Counted from the first letter of the stretch, positions 1 to 10,218 are shown. The stretch is DNA of 64,000 bases from Candidatus Bathyarchaeia archaeon (GCA_041653695.1 JBAZEV010000001.1:9737-73736), one strand, 5' to 3'. Translations and numbers: made by a program. Notes: a model not told the origin generated them from the sequence alone.

Positions 1-510
1 TATGATGTAACTTAGCAAATCGGTTGGTTCGTTAACCTTAAACTCCAGCGGAACTCCGTTTTGGTATGTTGTATTCTGTGGGGACAAAATCGTCACGCTT
101 GGATGTGTTGTATCTACGGTGAACTGGGTTTCAACGGAGTAGACTTCCTGTATGGAACCTGAAACAATGACCTTGAAGTTGTGAACTCCATCAACCAGAT
201 TCTCCAAATACGTGCCATATTCTGACGCTGTTGTGGTGTTTCCAACGGTTACCATAGTTTGGTCGTCTATACTGTAGCCTATCCACCTTGGAACTTCGTG
301 CTCGTTTATGTAGCTACTCCAGTTGAAGTACACCATGACCCGTTTAACGGCGTATGTCCTGTTTTCTGGTGATGTCATTGTAACCGCAACTTCTCTATTG
401 AGCTGAGAATCGTCCGTTGATGCACAAACAATCTGCGGTTTCTGGATTAACGTTAACACTAAAAAAACGGCAACAAACATTAACGCAAACTGGGTTCTGT
501 GTGGTTGCAC
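1..510 (-). CDS. Secreted protein, truncated by the window edge (signal peptide plus beta-rich ectodomain)
   Basis: Not in the ORF track because it runs off the window. The reverse-strand frame is open from position 1. Candidate starts GTG 510 or ATG 480 give (MQPHRTQFAL)MFVAVFLVLTLIQKPQIVCAS, a charged n-region plus hydrophobic core. An N-x-S/T-rich beta-type sequence follows (..HNFKVIVSGS..FTVDTTHPSVTILSPQNTTYQ..). Confidence 0.5.
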   Translation of the reverse strand, partial: MQPHRTQFALMFVAVFLVLTLIQKPQIVCASTDDSQLNREVAVTMTSPENRTYAVKRVMVYFNWSSYINEHEVPRWIGYSIDDQTMVTVGNTTTASEYGTYLENLVDGVHNFKVIVSGSIQEVYSVETQFTVDTTHPSVTILSPQNTTYQNGVPLEFKVNEPTDLLSYII

Positions 511-1057
511 AATAAAATACTACACTTTTGTGTAATTTATTTTTTGTGTATATCTGTTTCTTTTACTGTTATGTCAATCAGTTTAGATTATGGCTGTTTT
601 TGAATTAAACAGCGCCCACCCTTTTTTCGGGGAGATTTCCCAGAATATATCGACTTTTGGAATATGTTGCTTAAAGTAGGATTGTATTTATTCAAAAATT
701 GGATAGCTTGTTGTAGTTGGATAATGGTAGGGAAACAAAATATGACATATACAATTGAGATTGAACTTCCTCGTTCTGGTTCTTGGTTCAAATACTTCAC
801 ACGAATTGACACAATAGAAGAAGCCCAAGACATAACCCAAGCAGCCGAAGGACAAGTCCGAGCGAGGATACTACAAAACTAAAAAGCTTAACGCCAAAAC
901 GTTGGACGTTATGCTTCTTTCTTATTTTATTAATAGACTTTTCCAGCAACAATTCTTTGTCAACAAAACTGCAACATTTTTTCTTACACTTCAAACAGGA
1001 GCAAACAGAAAAATATGCGGTGCCCTCAACTAAAATAAACAGACCACACATATTCTG

Positions 1058-2776
1058 GTGGTTGCGGAACGACCATTGATGACTAACCAGTTAACCCAAG
1101 ACCTAAAACAAAAAATCCTAAACCAATGTACAGACATCGCTGCAAACCGCCAAATAACAGCAGCCTGCCTTTACGGTCCATGGGTTTGCGGTTACGCAGA
1201 CAACAAAACCGAAGTAAACGTTTTGCTGGTTCTTGACAGATACCCGTTTCGCGTGAACACCTATTTTGAGACCGTGGACGGTTTTGATGTTTCGGTTTTG
1301 ACTGTTAACCGCGCAGACTTTGAACACGACGTGAACAAGGCGTGGCTTGGCGAGTTTTTTTCAGAAAAACTCACTATGCCGTATGAGCCGCTGCTGGGAG
1401 CGGAGTATTTGTGGTTTAAGGAACTGAAAATCAAAAAACGGAACATCCATGAGATACTGGAAAACCTGATTATGGAGTTTCCCGAATCCTCCCGCGAGTT
1501 GCTCATACGGGATGATTACTTCATGTACGAGGTAATACAGCGCCGCGTCAAACTGTTTCCACCAATAGTATACAGTTACCTGAACATGTTAACAGGGGAC
1601 AAAAAAACAGAAAACATCCCCAAAATCATGGCAGGATACCAAGAGGCACTAAAACTGCTGGTGGAAGACAACACCTTAACCCAAACAGACGGTTACACCA
1701 AAATCACAAAAACTTACATAACAAAAACAAAAAAACGAAGACTACGCATACCCCCATTCATCAAAACAATACAGCGAATGGCACTTACGCCCTTGCTGAG
1801 CGTAGTTTCAGATTCCTCAAACATCTTCTTCCAAGACCAGCGGCTGTTCGCAAAAAACAACCAAAAACGCTCAGTAGAAGGTCTGGTTTTTCTGCTGGAA
1901 AACCCAAGAAAACACGTGTTCTTGCCAACACCACTGGGGCCTGTTTCGTTGGCTGACCGCTCAAACATCGTTGATATTGCCCGAAAACTAATCCCCGACC
2001 ATCAAACATCAAAGGTAAAAATCAGTAGCATTGGCGGAGTATTCAACGACGTTTACCGGTTAACCCTAACAAACGATGACGGCACCGAACAAGACTACGT
2101 GCTAAAACAATTCAAAGACTGGTCAAACCTCAAATGGCTGCCGCTGACGTTGTGGTCGTTTGGAACAACAACATTTTCTGTGCTGGGTCAATCCAGACTC
2201 GAAAAAGAATACGCCATAAACACTTACCTGCACAAAAAAGGGTTTACGGTTCCGGAAATCTTTCACATCAGCTCAAAAAACCGTATAATCATCGAAGAAT
2301 ATATCGAAGGACACCAGCTTGTACCAATAATCAAACGGATACTGTACTCGTCGCACACACAAAAAGACCTGACCACCGTAAATGAGGTCGCAAAAAAAAT
2401 TGCACAAGCCCACAGTTTGGGTGTCTGTTTGGGTGACTGCAAACCAGAAAACTTCATTGTAACAAAAAACCAAATCTTCATCGTGGACCTTGAGCAGGCT
2501 ACACACAACGGAAACCAGACATGGGATATTGCCGAGTTCCTGTATTTCTCGGGACATTACAGCCCACCAATTGGGTCCGCAAACCAAGCAATCTTGGTCG
2601 CAAAAAGTTTCATCGAAGGTTACCTGGACGCTGGAGGCAAAAAAGAGACCGTAAGAAAAGCGGGGTCGCCAAGGTATACCAAAGTCTTTAGCATATTTAC
2701 GCCTCCGCAGGTGCTTTTGGCGATTTCTGGGATATGCCTGAATATGGGAAAAGAACTGGAATCAAACCAAACCTAG
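1058..2776 (+). CDS. Two-part protein: N-terminal nucleotidyltransferase-like region plus C-terminal protein-kinase-like domain (Bud32/RIO/Kdo-kinase type)
   Basis: 572-aa ORF. The C-terminus carries a kinase catalytic loop LGDCKPENFIV, a metal-binding IFIVDLEQA (DFG-equivalent) and a YVLKQFK lysine strand. The N-terminus (AACLYGPWVCGY..EVNVLLVLD) resembles a degenerate minimal NTase. Confidence 0.6.
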   Translation: MVAERPLMTNQLTQDLKQKILNQCTDIAANRQITAACLYGPWVCGYADNKTEVNVLLVLDRYPFRVNTYFETVDGFDVSVLTVNRADFEHDVNKAWLGEFFSEKLTMPYEPLLGAEYLWFKELKIKKRNIHEILENLIMEFPESSRELLIRDDYFMYEVIQRRVKLFPPIVYSYLNMLTGDKKTENIPKIMAGYQEALKLLVEDNTLTQTDGYTKITKTYITKTKKRRLRIPPFIKTIQRMALTPLLSVVSDSSNIFFQDQRLFAKNNQKRSVEGLVFLLENPRKHVFLPTPLGPVSLADRSNIVDIARKLIPDHQTSKVKISSIGGVFNDVYRLTLTNDDGTEQDYVLKQFKDWSNLKWLPLTLWSFGTTTFSVLGQSRLEKEYAINTYLHKKGFTVPEIFHISSKNRIIIEEYIEGHQLVPIIKRILYSSHTQKDLTTVNEVAKKIAQAHSLGVCLGDCKPENFIVTKNQIFIVDLEQATHNGNQTWDIAEFLYFSGHYSPPIGSANQAILVAKSFIEGYLDAGGKKETVRKAGSPRYTKVFSIFTPPQVLLAISGICLNMGKELESNQT

Positions 2777-2788
2777 AAACTGGCAGGT

Positions 2789-4426
2789 TTACGTGGCTTC
2801 TTTAGGTTCCCCGTTAAAGAACTGAACCTCTCCGTCGGATATCCAGCCCTCTTCTTTTAGTTCATCTAAACCTTTCTTGATTCCAACCTTTGATTCTGTA
2901 GTCCGCAAAATGTTAGCCTTTAAGCCTGCCTCGGTTACCTCCTTCTCGAAAACGGGGTTATGCTGAGTCACGTCCACAAGACGGTCAAGAAGCGCAGCAA
3001 TAGCCAATGAACGGGGCTGCAAAAACACCTTCATCTTTCCGGAACCAAAAACGCCTTTCAGTTTCGTTTTAATCCCCATGCTGGAAATGGTTGACGGCGG
3101 ATACACAACGTAACGTTTTCCCGCTTCGGCGTCATAACAAACAAAATACAGCGACAAATACACCAAAGCATACTTAATTCGCCTCTCCGAGTAACCAAGG
3201 TTATCAACCGCGTTTAATGAAGCCTCTTTAGTTTTGATCATTGTATCAATCTGTTTTATTATCGCGGCTGTTTTCTGTTCAAGCGAATCCAGTTCCTGCT
3301 GCTCAACCCTGATTTTTGCTTCTTTGGCTGCTTCAATGTCCCGGATTGTCTGCATGGCTTCTTCGATTTGGTTATCCACTTTTGTTCTGGCTTTGGAAAC
3401 CTCGATTCGTTTGGCATCTTCAACGTTTTCGATGTTTCGGTCAATGTCTTTGATTTCCTTGTTTAAGCCTGGAACCTTCTTTTTAATTTCATCAAGCTTT
3501 TGCGTTAACTGAACCTCGTTACCTTCATCTTTACGTTCACGGGCCGCTTTGATGTCTGCGTCATAACGGTCCATGTCGCTGGACATGCGCTCAAGCGTTT
3601 TCTCTATGCTGACCCTGTTCTGGTGAAGTGTACGAAGTTCCCTGTCATACTTGTTGGAGATTACGGTGACCTCTTCGTCACGTTTCTCATGAATCTTGTT
3701 AATTTTCTCCATGACCTTGGGCCTGACCTTTTTGAGCTTTTGGTCAAAATCTTTTATGGACGCCTTGATTTCTACTTGAATTCCTTTTATCTGGTCTCTT
3801 GCAGCTTTGCTAAGCATTTTCATGATTTTGCTTAGGTTCTTGATTTCTTCCTCGATGCTGTTTCTTGACTCTAAAAGTTCCTCGATTGACGCTTTTACCT
3901 CAGACTCATCTAATGTAGGCGACAAAACAGTCTTAGATATGACAGCTTTTTCGTTTTCATCGCCGTCTTTTAGGTAATCCATTAAATCTTGTGTGAACGT
4001 GGGGTCTGTGATTAAACCGTTTATGGTTGTTTCCTGTTTTCCCGCAAAGTTTTGGAAGAAACTCGCGTTTTGTGCCAGCGCTGCACAGTATGCTTGGCGG
4101 GATTTTGAGCTTGTTTGAAGGTCGTTGTCGAATGCTTTGATGTCTGGGATTACGTCGATGGGAATTGACTGTTTTGTCAAGTTAAGCCCATCAAAAATTA
4201 GTGTTCTGCCTTTCCATGGGGCCAACCATATTGGGTAACAGGCTTCTGTGATGAACCCGATTTTTTCTTCAGGTTTTTTTAAGACTCGTCCTTCACCTTT
4301 TTTTCGGTCTCTTTCTGTGAGGTATAAAACGGCTGCCATTTCCATGTCTTTGGTGAATGGTTTAAACCTGTCTTTGGCTGGAACAGCAAATGGTAAAATT
4401 AGCCTTCTTATATTTTTAGGCAACAT
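2789..4426 (-). CDS. Large coiled-coil protein of unknown function
   Basis: 545-aa ORF. Globular N-terminal (~170 aa) and C-terminal (~150 aa) parts flank ~220 aa of K/E/I/D-rich heptad-like sequence (..EEEIKNLSKIMKMLSKAARDQIKGIQVEIK..). No catalytic motif recognised. Confidence 0.6.
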   Translation of the reverse strand: MLPKNIRRLILPFAVPAKDRFKPFTKDMEMAAVLYLTERDRKKGEGRVLKKPEEKIGFITEACYPIWLAPWKGRTLIFDGLNLTKQSIPIDVIPDIKAFDNDLQTSSKSRQAYCAALAQNASFFQNFAGKQETTINGLITDPTFTQDLMDYLKDGDENEKAVISKTVLSPTLDESEVKASIEELLESRNSIEEEIKNLSKIMKMLSKAARDQIKGIQVEIKASIKDFDQKLKKVRPKVMEKINKIHEKRDEEVTVISNKYDRELRTLHQNRVSIEKTLERMSSDMDRYDADIKAARERKDEGNEVQLTQKLDEIKKKVPGLNKEIKDIDRNIENVEDAKRIEVSKARTKVDNQIEEAMQTIRDIEAAKEAKIRVEQQELDSLEQKTAAIIKQIDTMIKTKEASLNAVDNLGYSERRIKYALVYLSLYFVCYDAEAGKRYVVYPPSTISSMGIKTKLKGVFGSGKMKVFLQPRSLAIAALLDRLVDVTQHNPVFEKEVTEAGLKANILRTTESKVGIKKGLDELKEEGWISDGEVQFFNGEPKEAT

Positions 4427-4715
4427 TTACACCTGTTTTTGTTGGTTTATTACTTAAAATGTATATGTTATCGTAATACTTAACCATCATGATTTATCCC
4501 TCACCTACACTAAGGCAACCAAACCAAAACTAATCTACTCCTAGAATATTATTTAGGTTTTGTTGATTCCGAGTATTCAACACACAAAAACAGAGGTACA
4601 CCAACGTTTAACACTAAAACTTGCAAACTTAAACAAAACCCCGCCTTGACCCCTGAAAACGGGACACGTAGCATTTAAATTGGTTCACGTTATTTGGAGT
4701 ATTCGGTAGATACGC

Positions 4716-5246
4716 TTGAATTTTCTGAAAGACATTCCATTGGGAGAAAATCCCCCAATCATGTTAAATGCTGTAATCGAAGTTGTTAGCGGTTCAAGGG
4801 ACAAATACGAATACAAATCAGAATGGGAAGCCTTTGTTTTGGACCGCATGATTCCCTCCTCCGTAGTTTTTCCCATTGAATACGGCTTTGTCCCTCAAAC
4901 CTGGTACGACGACAACGACCCCCTAGACATCATGGTCATGAGCTATGAACCGCTGTCTGTTGGTTGTATTGTGCGTGTCCGTGTAGTTGGCGCATTAATA
5001 ATCGAGGACGAAAAAGGCAAAGACACCAAAATCTTGTCTGTTCTTGTTGATGATGCACGCTTTGAAGGAATACACGACATATCCGACCTTCACCAACACA
5101 AGATACGGGAAATCCAGGAATTCTTTGAAACCTACAAACGGTTAGAACCGCATAAGTGGGTCAAAATAAAAGGGTGGCTAAACTCAGAAGAAGCCGGAAA
5201 AGTCGTCCAATACGCAGCAGAACAATTTGACCCCAACAAAATCTGA
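4716..5246 (+). CDS. ppa: Inorganic pyrophosphatase, family I (soluble)
   Basis: 176 aa with classic family I signatures: SRDKYEYK, YGFVPQTW, DNDPLDIMV, KILSVLVDD. TTG start per the track. Confidence 0.9.
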   Translation: MNFLKDIPLGENPPIMLNAVIEVVSGSRDKYEYKSEWEAFVLDRMIPSSVVFPIEYGFVPQTWYDDNDPLDIMVMSYEPLSVGCIVRVRVVGALIIEDEKGKDTKILSVLVDDARFEGIHDISDLHQHKIREIQEFFETYKRLEPHKWVKIKGWLNSEEAGKVVQYAAEQFDPNKI

Positions 5247-5314
5247 ACAAGTTTTCTTTGGTTTCACATTTTTTTGAAAACCAAAACCCATTTCTTTAAA
5301 CATTACTTCTACAT

Positions 5315-5998
5315 TTGAGAATACCGATGACTGTTAAAGCTGTGCTTCTGGATTTGGGTTTAACTCTTACGCGGACTGCGTCTTTTCCAGAGATTTATGT
5401 GAGTATTCTTGCACGTTTTGGTGTAACTGTTTCTGTTGACGATGTAGTTAAGGCGCAGAAGGCAACCGAGAAAGAGTTTGACGTTTCAACCTATAGTGAT
5501 GAAGTACGTAAAGAGTTCTGGACCAGATACAACACTGCTTTAATCGGAAAACTGGGTGTCAAAGAGAATCAAACGTTTTTGGCGTCTCAGATAGATGAAC
5601 TCTGGTGGAACTATTCAAGTGTGCGGCTTTTTTCGGATGTGGAGCCTACGTTGTCGGGTTTGCGTGCTAAGGGTTTGAAGTTGGCTTTGGTTTCTAACGG
5701 TTACACGCCTGACATTGAACACGTTTTAGCTGAGTTGGACCTCAAGAAATGGTTTGACGTTATCGTTTGCATTGATTCATGCAACTGTGCAAAACCTGAT
5801 AAACGAATCTTCATGTTTGCCCTGCAACAGCTTGGGGTAACTGCGGATGAAACGGTTTTTGTTGGTGACTCCATCGAATACGATTACGCGGGCGCAAAGG
5901 CTGTTGGGATTAAACCGTTTCTAATTGACCGCGAAGGAAAACTGCCCCGCGGGTATGACCGAATCAGAAGCTTAACCGACCTGTTAACGCTTGTATAA
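5315..5998 (+). CDS. HAD-superfamily hydrolase
   Basis: Motif I region AVLLDLGLTL, motif II LALVSNG, motif III/IV K..(F)VGDSIEYDYAGAKAVGIK. Size and layout are typical of HAD subfamily IA. Confidence 0.8.
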   Translation: MRIPMTVKAVLLDLGLTLTRTASFPEIYVSILARFGVTVSVDDVVKAQKATEKEFDVSTYSDEVRKEFWTRYNTALIGKLGVKENQTFLASQIDELWWNYSSVRLFSDVEPTLSGLRAKGLKLALVSNGYTPDIEHVLAELDLKKWFDVIVCIDSCNCAKPDKRIFMFALQQLGVTADETVFVGDSIEYDYAGAKAVGIKPFLIDREGKLPRGYDRIRSLTDLLTLV

Positions 5999-6005
5999 CT
6001 CGGCG

Positions 6006-6335
6006 CTATTTCGGCAATTCATCAAAAACCTGTTTCATGTTTTCGCGGTAATCCAAAAACGCTTCCCGTCCCTTGGCAGTAAGCTGCAGTGTTGTGTGCG
6101 GTTTTTTTTCGAGGAACTCTTTTTTTACTGCAATGTAGCCCGCGTCTTCCAGTTTGCTTACATGTGAAGAGATGTTTCCCCAAGTTAGCCCTGTTTGGTG
6201 TTGAAGGAACAAAAAATCTGCGCTTTCAACAACAAACAGGTGCGCCAATATTACAAGCCTTGCTGGTTCATGTACCAGCTTGTCTATGTTTGGAAGCTGG
6301 TTTGGTTGGGTGTCGTCCTTTTTTTGGGGCGTCAT
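6006..6335 (-). CDS. Winged-helix transcriptional regulator (ArsR/MarR-like)
   Basis: 109 aa. LVHEPARLVILAHLF..FLFLQHQTGLTWGNISSHVSKLEDAGYIAVKKEF is a typical wHTH pattern. Forms a 4-nt-spaced pair with the downstream membrane gene. Confidence 0.75.
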   Translation of the reverse strand: MTPQKKDDTQPNQLPNIDKLVHEPARLVILAHLFVVESADFLFLQHQTGLTWGNISSHVSKLEDAGYIAVKKEFLEKKPHTTLQLTAKGREAFLDYRENMKQVFDELPK

Positions 6336-6338
6336 CTG

Positions 6339-7010
6339 TTAGTCGTCCATTGTTTGTGTTGTCTTGGGGTATTTGTGCATAAACTGGTACAACAGTGTTG
6401 ACCCACTCGCAATTAGTATGATGCTTAATGCGAGGAGATAATACTGCAACGGGAAGTAAATGAAATATCCGACAAAAAACAGTGCCAACGTTAGTAGTGC
6501 GTAGCCGTACATCCGTTTTGCTCTAAACGCGTAGCCGCCAAACGTGAACAACCCGCATCCTATCAAGCCGATGGATATCATGTAGTTGTCAAATATTATG
6601 TTCATCCATGCGGGTATGCCTTGTTTAATCAGTATGAAACCAACTAAACCCAAAACAACAAAGCCGATAACGAATGCTCCTATGGCTAGTGCGAAGATTC
6701 TGTTTTGTTTCAGTTTGACGTATCCAATTCTGGGCACTGTTACTGTTTTTTTAAATGCCATATATCCAAATACTGCCATTGATGCCCAACCACCTGCTAG
6801 TGTTGGAATATCCAGTATTATCAACATGGCAAATGACATGATGAACGAGCCGATCACGATGTCGATTAAGCCATCCTCATGGTATGTTGTGTATGCTTTT
6901 CGTTCGATTTCTTTCAGGTTTATTCTGTCGTTCATTTGTTTCGCCTGAACTGAGAACATGGTTTGTACTATATAATACTTTGTATTGCAAAGTACTTTGT
7001 ATGAAAACAA
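6339..7010 (-). CDS. Polytopic membrane protein, co-operonic with the wHTH regulator
   Basis: At least five long hydrophobic segments. The true start is probably an internal Met (6959 or 6935), not 7010. Confidence 0.6.
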   Translation of the reverse strand: MFSYKVLCNTKYYIVQTMFSVQAKQMNDRINLKEIERKAYTTYHEDGLIDIVIGSFIMSFAMLIILDIPTLAGGWASMAVFGYMAFKKTVTVPRIGYVKLKQNRIFALAIGAFVIGFVVLGLVGFILIKQGIPAWMNIIFDNYMISIGLIGCGLFTFGGYAFRAKRMYGYALLTLALFFVGYFIYFPLQYYLLALSIILIASGSTLLYQFMHKYPKTTQTMDD

Positions 7011-7061
7011 AAAGAGGGCTAACTCCCAAAAAACGGGAAACCCCCAGAAAAACTGGAACAG

Positions 7062-7535
7062 TTACTCTATTGGCGCATAGATTTCGATTAACAAATCCTG
7101 CGGCGAAACCTCACGCGGGTCATTCAAGTAAATCTCACGCATCGGACCCGTAACAGTTTTGTTGTTCTCCTCCAGCCACTGCATCAACTTCTGGTAAGTT
7201 GCGGTCTCCGCTTCATACGGACCTTTATGCAATATCTTTGCCATTTTGCCCCCAGCTAACTCGTAACATTTGATTTCTTTTGTTTCCTTACCCCGTTGAG
7301 CTACTGGAACTACCACTTCAACATCTGCTGTGCCTTGGCTGTCTGCTTTTTGTGCCTCTTGTGGCGACATTTCGTGGCAGACAAACATTGGCGGTCCAAC
7401 TATTGGGATGTTGTTTTGTGCCGCAAACTGGCATATTTGGGGAATCATGGTGGCGATGCTTTTGTATGGTCCTTGTTTTCTCATGCCCAGAACCAGTTGT
7501 GGTTTAACGGTTACAATCGTTACTTCTTGTTTCAT
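7062..7535 (-). CDS. GyrI-like small-molecule-binding domain protein
   Basis: MKQEVTIVTVKPQLVLGMRKQGPYKSI...PMREIYLNDPREVSPQDLLIEIYAPIE matches the SbmC/GyrI-like (AraC effector-binding) pattern. Start moved to ATG 7535; the track ORF extends to 7622. Confidence 0.75.
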   Translation of the reverse strand: MKQEVTIVTVKPQLVLGMRKQGPYKSIATMIPQICQFAAQNNIPIVGPPMFVCHEMSPQEAQKADSQGTADVEVVVPVAQRGKETKEIKCYELAGGKMAKILHKGPYEAETATYQKLMQWLEENNKTVTGPMREIYLNDPREVSPQDLLIEIYAPIE

Positions 7536-7707
7536 TTTTTCACCAGTTTTTTGTTCTCTTTTTTGGTATTTAGTGTTTGAGCACAATTGTAACAACGGAA
7601 CGTGGAGAGGTAACTGAAACAATTCGCCTGCCGTTTGTGGGAAACATTTAGGTTAAATAGGGTGATTGTGTGAAAACCTACAGATATACACGTGATGTGA
7701 TGATAAT

Positions 7708-8577
7708 TTGGTTGAATTGATTGCTGAAGGCGACGACGTTTTTTTGTATCTGGACAGGAAACGAACTTACCTAATACGGGTTGAAGCCACAAAAAGTTTT
7801 CACACCCACAAGGGGTTCATCCAGTTAGGTGACCTAATCGGTAAAGAGTACGGAACCAAAATCGCCAGCAGCATGGGTATCGGATTCGTTGCAATGAAAC
7901 CAACTTTAGTTGATTACATCTTCAAAACAAATCGTCGTACACAGATTTCTTACCCCAAAGACATCTCGTTAATCATCATGAACAGCGGAATCGGTTCTGG
8001 AAGCCGCGTCGTTGAAGCCGGAACCGGAACAGGTGCACTGACAAGTGCTATTGCTCATTACGTTAAACCAACCGGAAAGGTTTACAGTTACGAGCTCAGG
8101 GAAGAGTTCCAAAAAAACGCCAAAAAGAACCTTGAACGCGCAAAACTGATAGACTACGTGGAACTCAAAGAAGGTGACATAACCCAAGGAATACAAGAAA
8201 CCGACCTAGATGCGATTATCTTGGATTTGGCTGCGCCTTGGCTTGTAATATCGCATGCGTATAACGCGTTGAAGGGAAGCGGGGTGCTGGTTTCGTTTAG
8301 TCCAACAATAGACCAAGTTGTAAAAGTTGTAGAAGCCCTAAACGATTACGGTTTCGTGGGCATCGAAACATCCGAAACATTGATTCGTTACATGCAAGTG
8401 GAACGCGGAAAAACTCGACCTCAAACAGTTATGACTGGTCACACTGGGTATCTGACGTTTGCACGTAAAGCAATTTTTGAACTAAAACCAGAACCCGAAC
8501 AGGAACCTGAACTAGAGCCTGAAACGGAACCTGAACCAGAAGAAACAGAGTTCGAGGAACTGCCCGTAACCGAGTAA
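7708..8577 (+). CDS. trmI: tRNA (adenine-N1)-methyltransferase TrmI/Gcd14 family, with an acidic (PE)n C-terminal tail
   Basis: N-terminal beta-domain (GDDVFLYLDRKRTYLIRV) plus SAM motif I VVEAGTGTGALT and YSYELREEF. The last ~35 aa are KPEPEQEPELEPETEPEPEETEFEE. Confidence 0.85.
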   Translation: MVELIAEGDDVFLYLDRKRTYLIRVEATKSFHTHKGFIQLGDLIGKEYGTKIASSMGIGFVAMKPTLVDYIFKTNRRTQISYPKDISLIIMNSGIGSGSRVVEAGTGTGALTSAIAHYVKPTGKVYSYELREEFQKNAKKNLERAKLIDYVELKEGDITQGIQETDLDAIILDLAAPWLVISHAYNALKGSGVLVSFSPTIDQVVKVVEALNDYGFVGIETSETLIRYMQVERGKTRPQTVMTGHTGYLTFARKAIFELKPEPEQEPELEPETEPEPEETEFEELPVTE

Positions 8578-8581
8578 ACGG

Positions 8582-8956
8582 TTACTGGATTCGCCTTTTC
8601 AGGTAAACAAACACCGCCAACGCAACACCAAGACTGGGCAGGGTCATCCATGCCAGCGGCGAGAAATCTGTTGGCTCTTCAGTGTTGCCTACGGTTAATA
8701 CGCCTGGCGGACTTGGGTATTCTGTTTCATTTGAGGTTGCCTTAGGGTCTTGTAGTGTTCCGTCGTTGCGTGTAATATTATTTTGTGAATTTTCTTGGTC
8801 TGTGGCACTAAGGTTGTAGCTGCCCTCTGGGTTTGTTTGGTAATTACCCACCAGAGTCAAAGGAACCAGTAGGGTAACAGTCCCAAGCAGGATGGCAACC
8901 GTAACGTATGCTAGCATTTTGTTCAAACTTATTCTTCCACCTTTACCCTGAAACAT
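8582..8956 (-). CDS. Small bitopic or secreted protein (N-terminal TM/signal, C-terminal TM plus KRR anchor)
   Basis: MLAYVTVAILLGTVTLLVPL.. at the N-terminus, a polar N/T/S/E-rich middle, and ..MTLPSLGVALAVFVYLKRRIQ at the C-terminus. Lies directly downstream of the HTH-membrane gene. Confidence 0.45.
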   Translation of the reverse strand: MFQGKGGRISLNKMLAYVTVAILLGTVTLLVPLTLVGNYQTNPEGSYNLSATDQENSQNNITRNDGTLQDPKATSNETEYPSPPGVLTVGNTEEPTDFSPLAWMTLPSLGVALAVFVYLKRRIQ

Positions 8957-8992
8957 GAGATGCTTTTAAGTCCACTTTTTAGAACACCCTGT

Positions 8993-9463
8993 TTAGAACG
9001 GTTTTTCTTTCCAGAGCCGAACTGTTTCAACCCACAGGAAAACGCTTCCCACTACCCCAAAAAGTATGGCTGCGAGGTTATGCACAGACAACGTTGGCTG
9101 ATACAAAACCAGATTGTACACAACAATGTAGATTACAAACATCGTGGAAAACCAAACAGCATAAAACAGGTGACGTGGCACAAGAAACCCGCCCATTCTG
9201 CTGAAAAACTTCAAAAGCCCAACTTTGACCTCTTGGTTTATCAGGTATTCACCCATTGAAGTTTTTTCCACCAAACCAAGCGTCAACAGTTTATCCAAAT
9301 GGTGCGCCGCCACGCTGGGGCTGGACAGTCCTAGTGCGCGTTGAATCTCTCTGACGCCTACGCTGGTGTTTGGGTCCCGCATCAAATACCAGTATATCTG
9401 AAGCGTTTTGCCTTTCAGTTGAGACTCGATTTCAGCCATGTCTGAGGTGCTGCTTTTGGACAT
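8993..9463 (-). CDS. Membrane-tethered winged-helix regulator
   Basis: The N-terminus LQIYWYLMRDPNTSVGVREIQRALGLSSPSVAAHHLDKLLTLGLVEK is an ArsR-type HTH. The C-terminal half has two or three hydrophobic helices. Confidence 0.65.
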   Translation of the reverse strand: MSKSSTSDMAEIESQLKGKTLQIYWYLMRDPNTSVGVREIQRALGLSSPSVAAHHLDKLLTLGLVEKTSMGEYLINQEVKVGLLKFFSRMGGFLVPRHLFYAVWFSTMFVIYIVVYNLVLYQPTLSVHNLAAILFGVVGSVFLWVETVRLWKEKPF

Positions 9464-9654
9464 CTAATTCGCCAAAACCAGTATGAACATCCGCATATAA
9501 TATAATTCTCCCGATAATTCTACCTGTTTTTATGAAACTGGCGTTTGGTCGATTAACTGTTAATGATTGTTTTTTCAAAAAAATGCCGTTTTCAACAATG
9601 AACTACTATTAGTCTACAAATATGCTGCAAACAAAAACGAGAAAATAGGGTTTC

Positions 9655-10218
9655 TTAGGTTGTGACTTCTATTGTGGCAAAATTGTCGTGAACTTCGATT
9701 TTTGTTGTTTTGTTGAGTAGTTCCTTAAATAATGTGGCAACTTGGTTTGCTATGAATACGCTCCACTTTCGTCCCAGTTCGTGGCGTAGATGTAGAACCA
9801 TTTTTTTCTCTACTATGTATTGGCTGTAGTCAAACCAGTTGCCATGCTTTCCCATTCTTTCAATGAAATTAATTATACTGTTAAATGTTGGAGCTATCCC
9901 CATTGTTCCGATAAGGTCTTTTGCACCTATTGACCCCGATGTTTTGGCGATTTCTATTATTTTTTCTTCTGGGCAGCAACTGATTATTTCCGCCAATGTT
10001 GGACGTGTTATGAATACTGCATTAAGACGCTCTGTCCATCGGAAGTGTTCATCGTAATTTTGCAGTATCCGGTTTGCTAAGGCATTTACGCTGATTCCTT
10101 GTCTTTCTGCTTCTGCACGTAGTGTGTCTAACCATTCTTCGTCTATTCGGAACGAGAAGCCAACTGTTTTTCTTTTGTGGTTTGCTACGAAAAAAACCTC
10201 CACTAATTTATAATACAA
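9655..10218 (-). CDS. Hypothetical protein with an N-terminal ribbon-helix-helix-like motif
   Basis: KRKTVGFSFRIDEEWLDTLRAEAERQGISVNALANRILQNY fits the CopG/Arc RHH pattern (beta-strand, helix, helix). The remainder is unassigned. Confidence 0.5.
   Translation of the reverse strand: MYYKLVEVFFVANHKRKTVGFSFRIDEEWLDTLRAEAERQGISVNALANRILQNYDEHFRWTERLNAVFITRPTLAEIISCCPEEKIIEIAKTSGSIGAKDLIGTMGIAPTFNSIINFIERMGKHGNWFDYSQYIVEKKMVLHLRHELGRKWSVFIANQVATLFKELLNKTTKIEVHDNFATIEVTT

Noticed and set aside
588-1051. Three overlapping small ORFs (81, 72 and 84 aa) in the gap between the first surface-protein gene and the kinase-fusion gene
   Set aside because: They are mutually exclusive, lack SD/TATA context and have odd composition (one is a Cys/Lys-rich string). 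Only the inner part of 664-882 (MTYTIEIELPRSGSWFKYFTRIDTIEEAQDITQAAEGQVRARILQN, from ATG about 745) looks protein-like. The evidence is too thin to call it.
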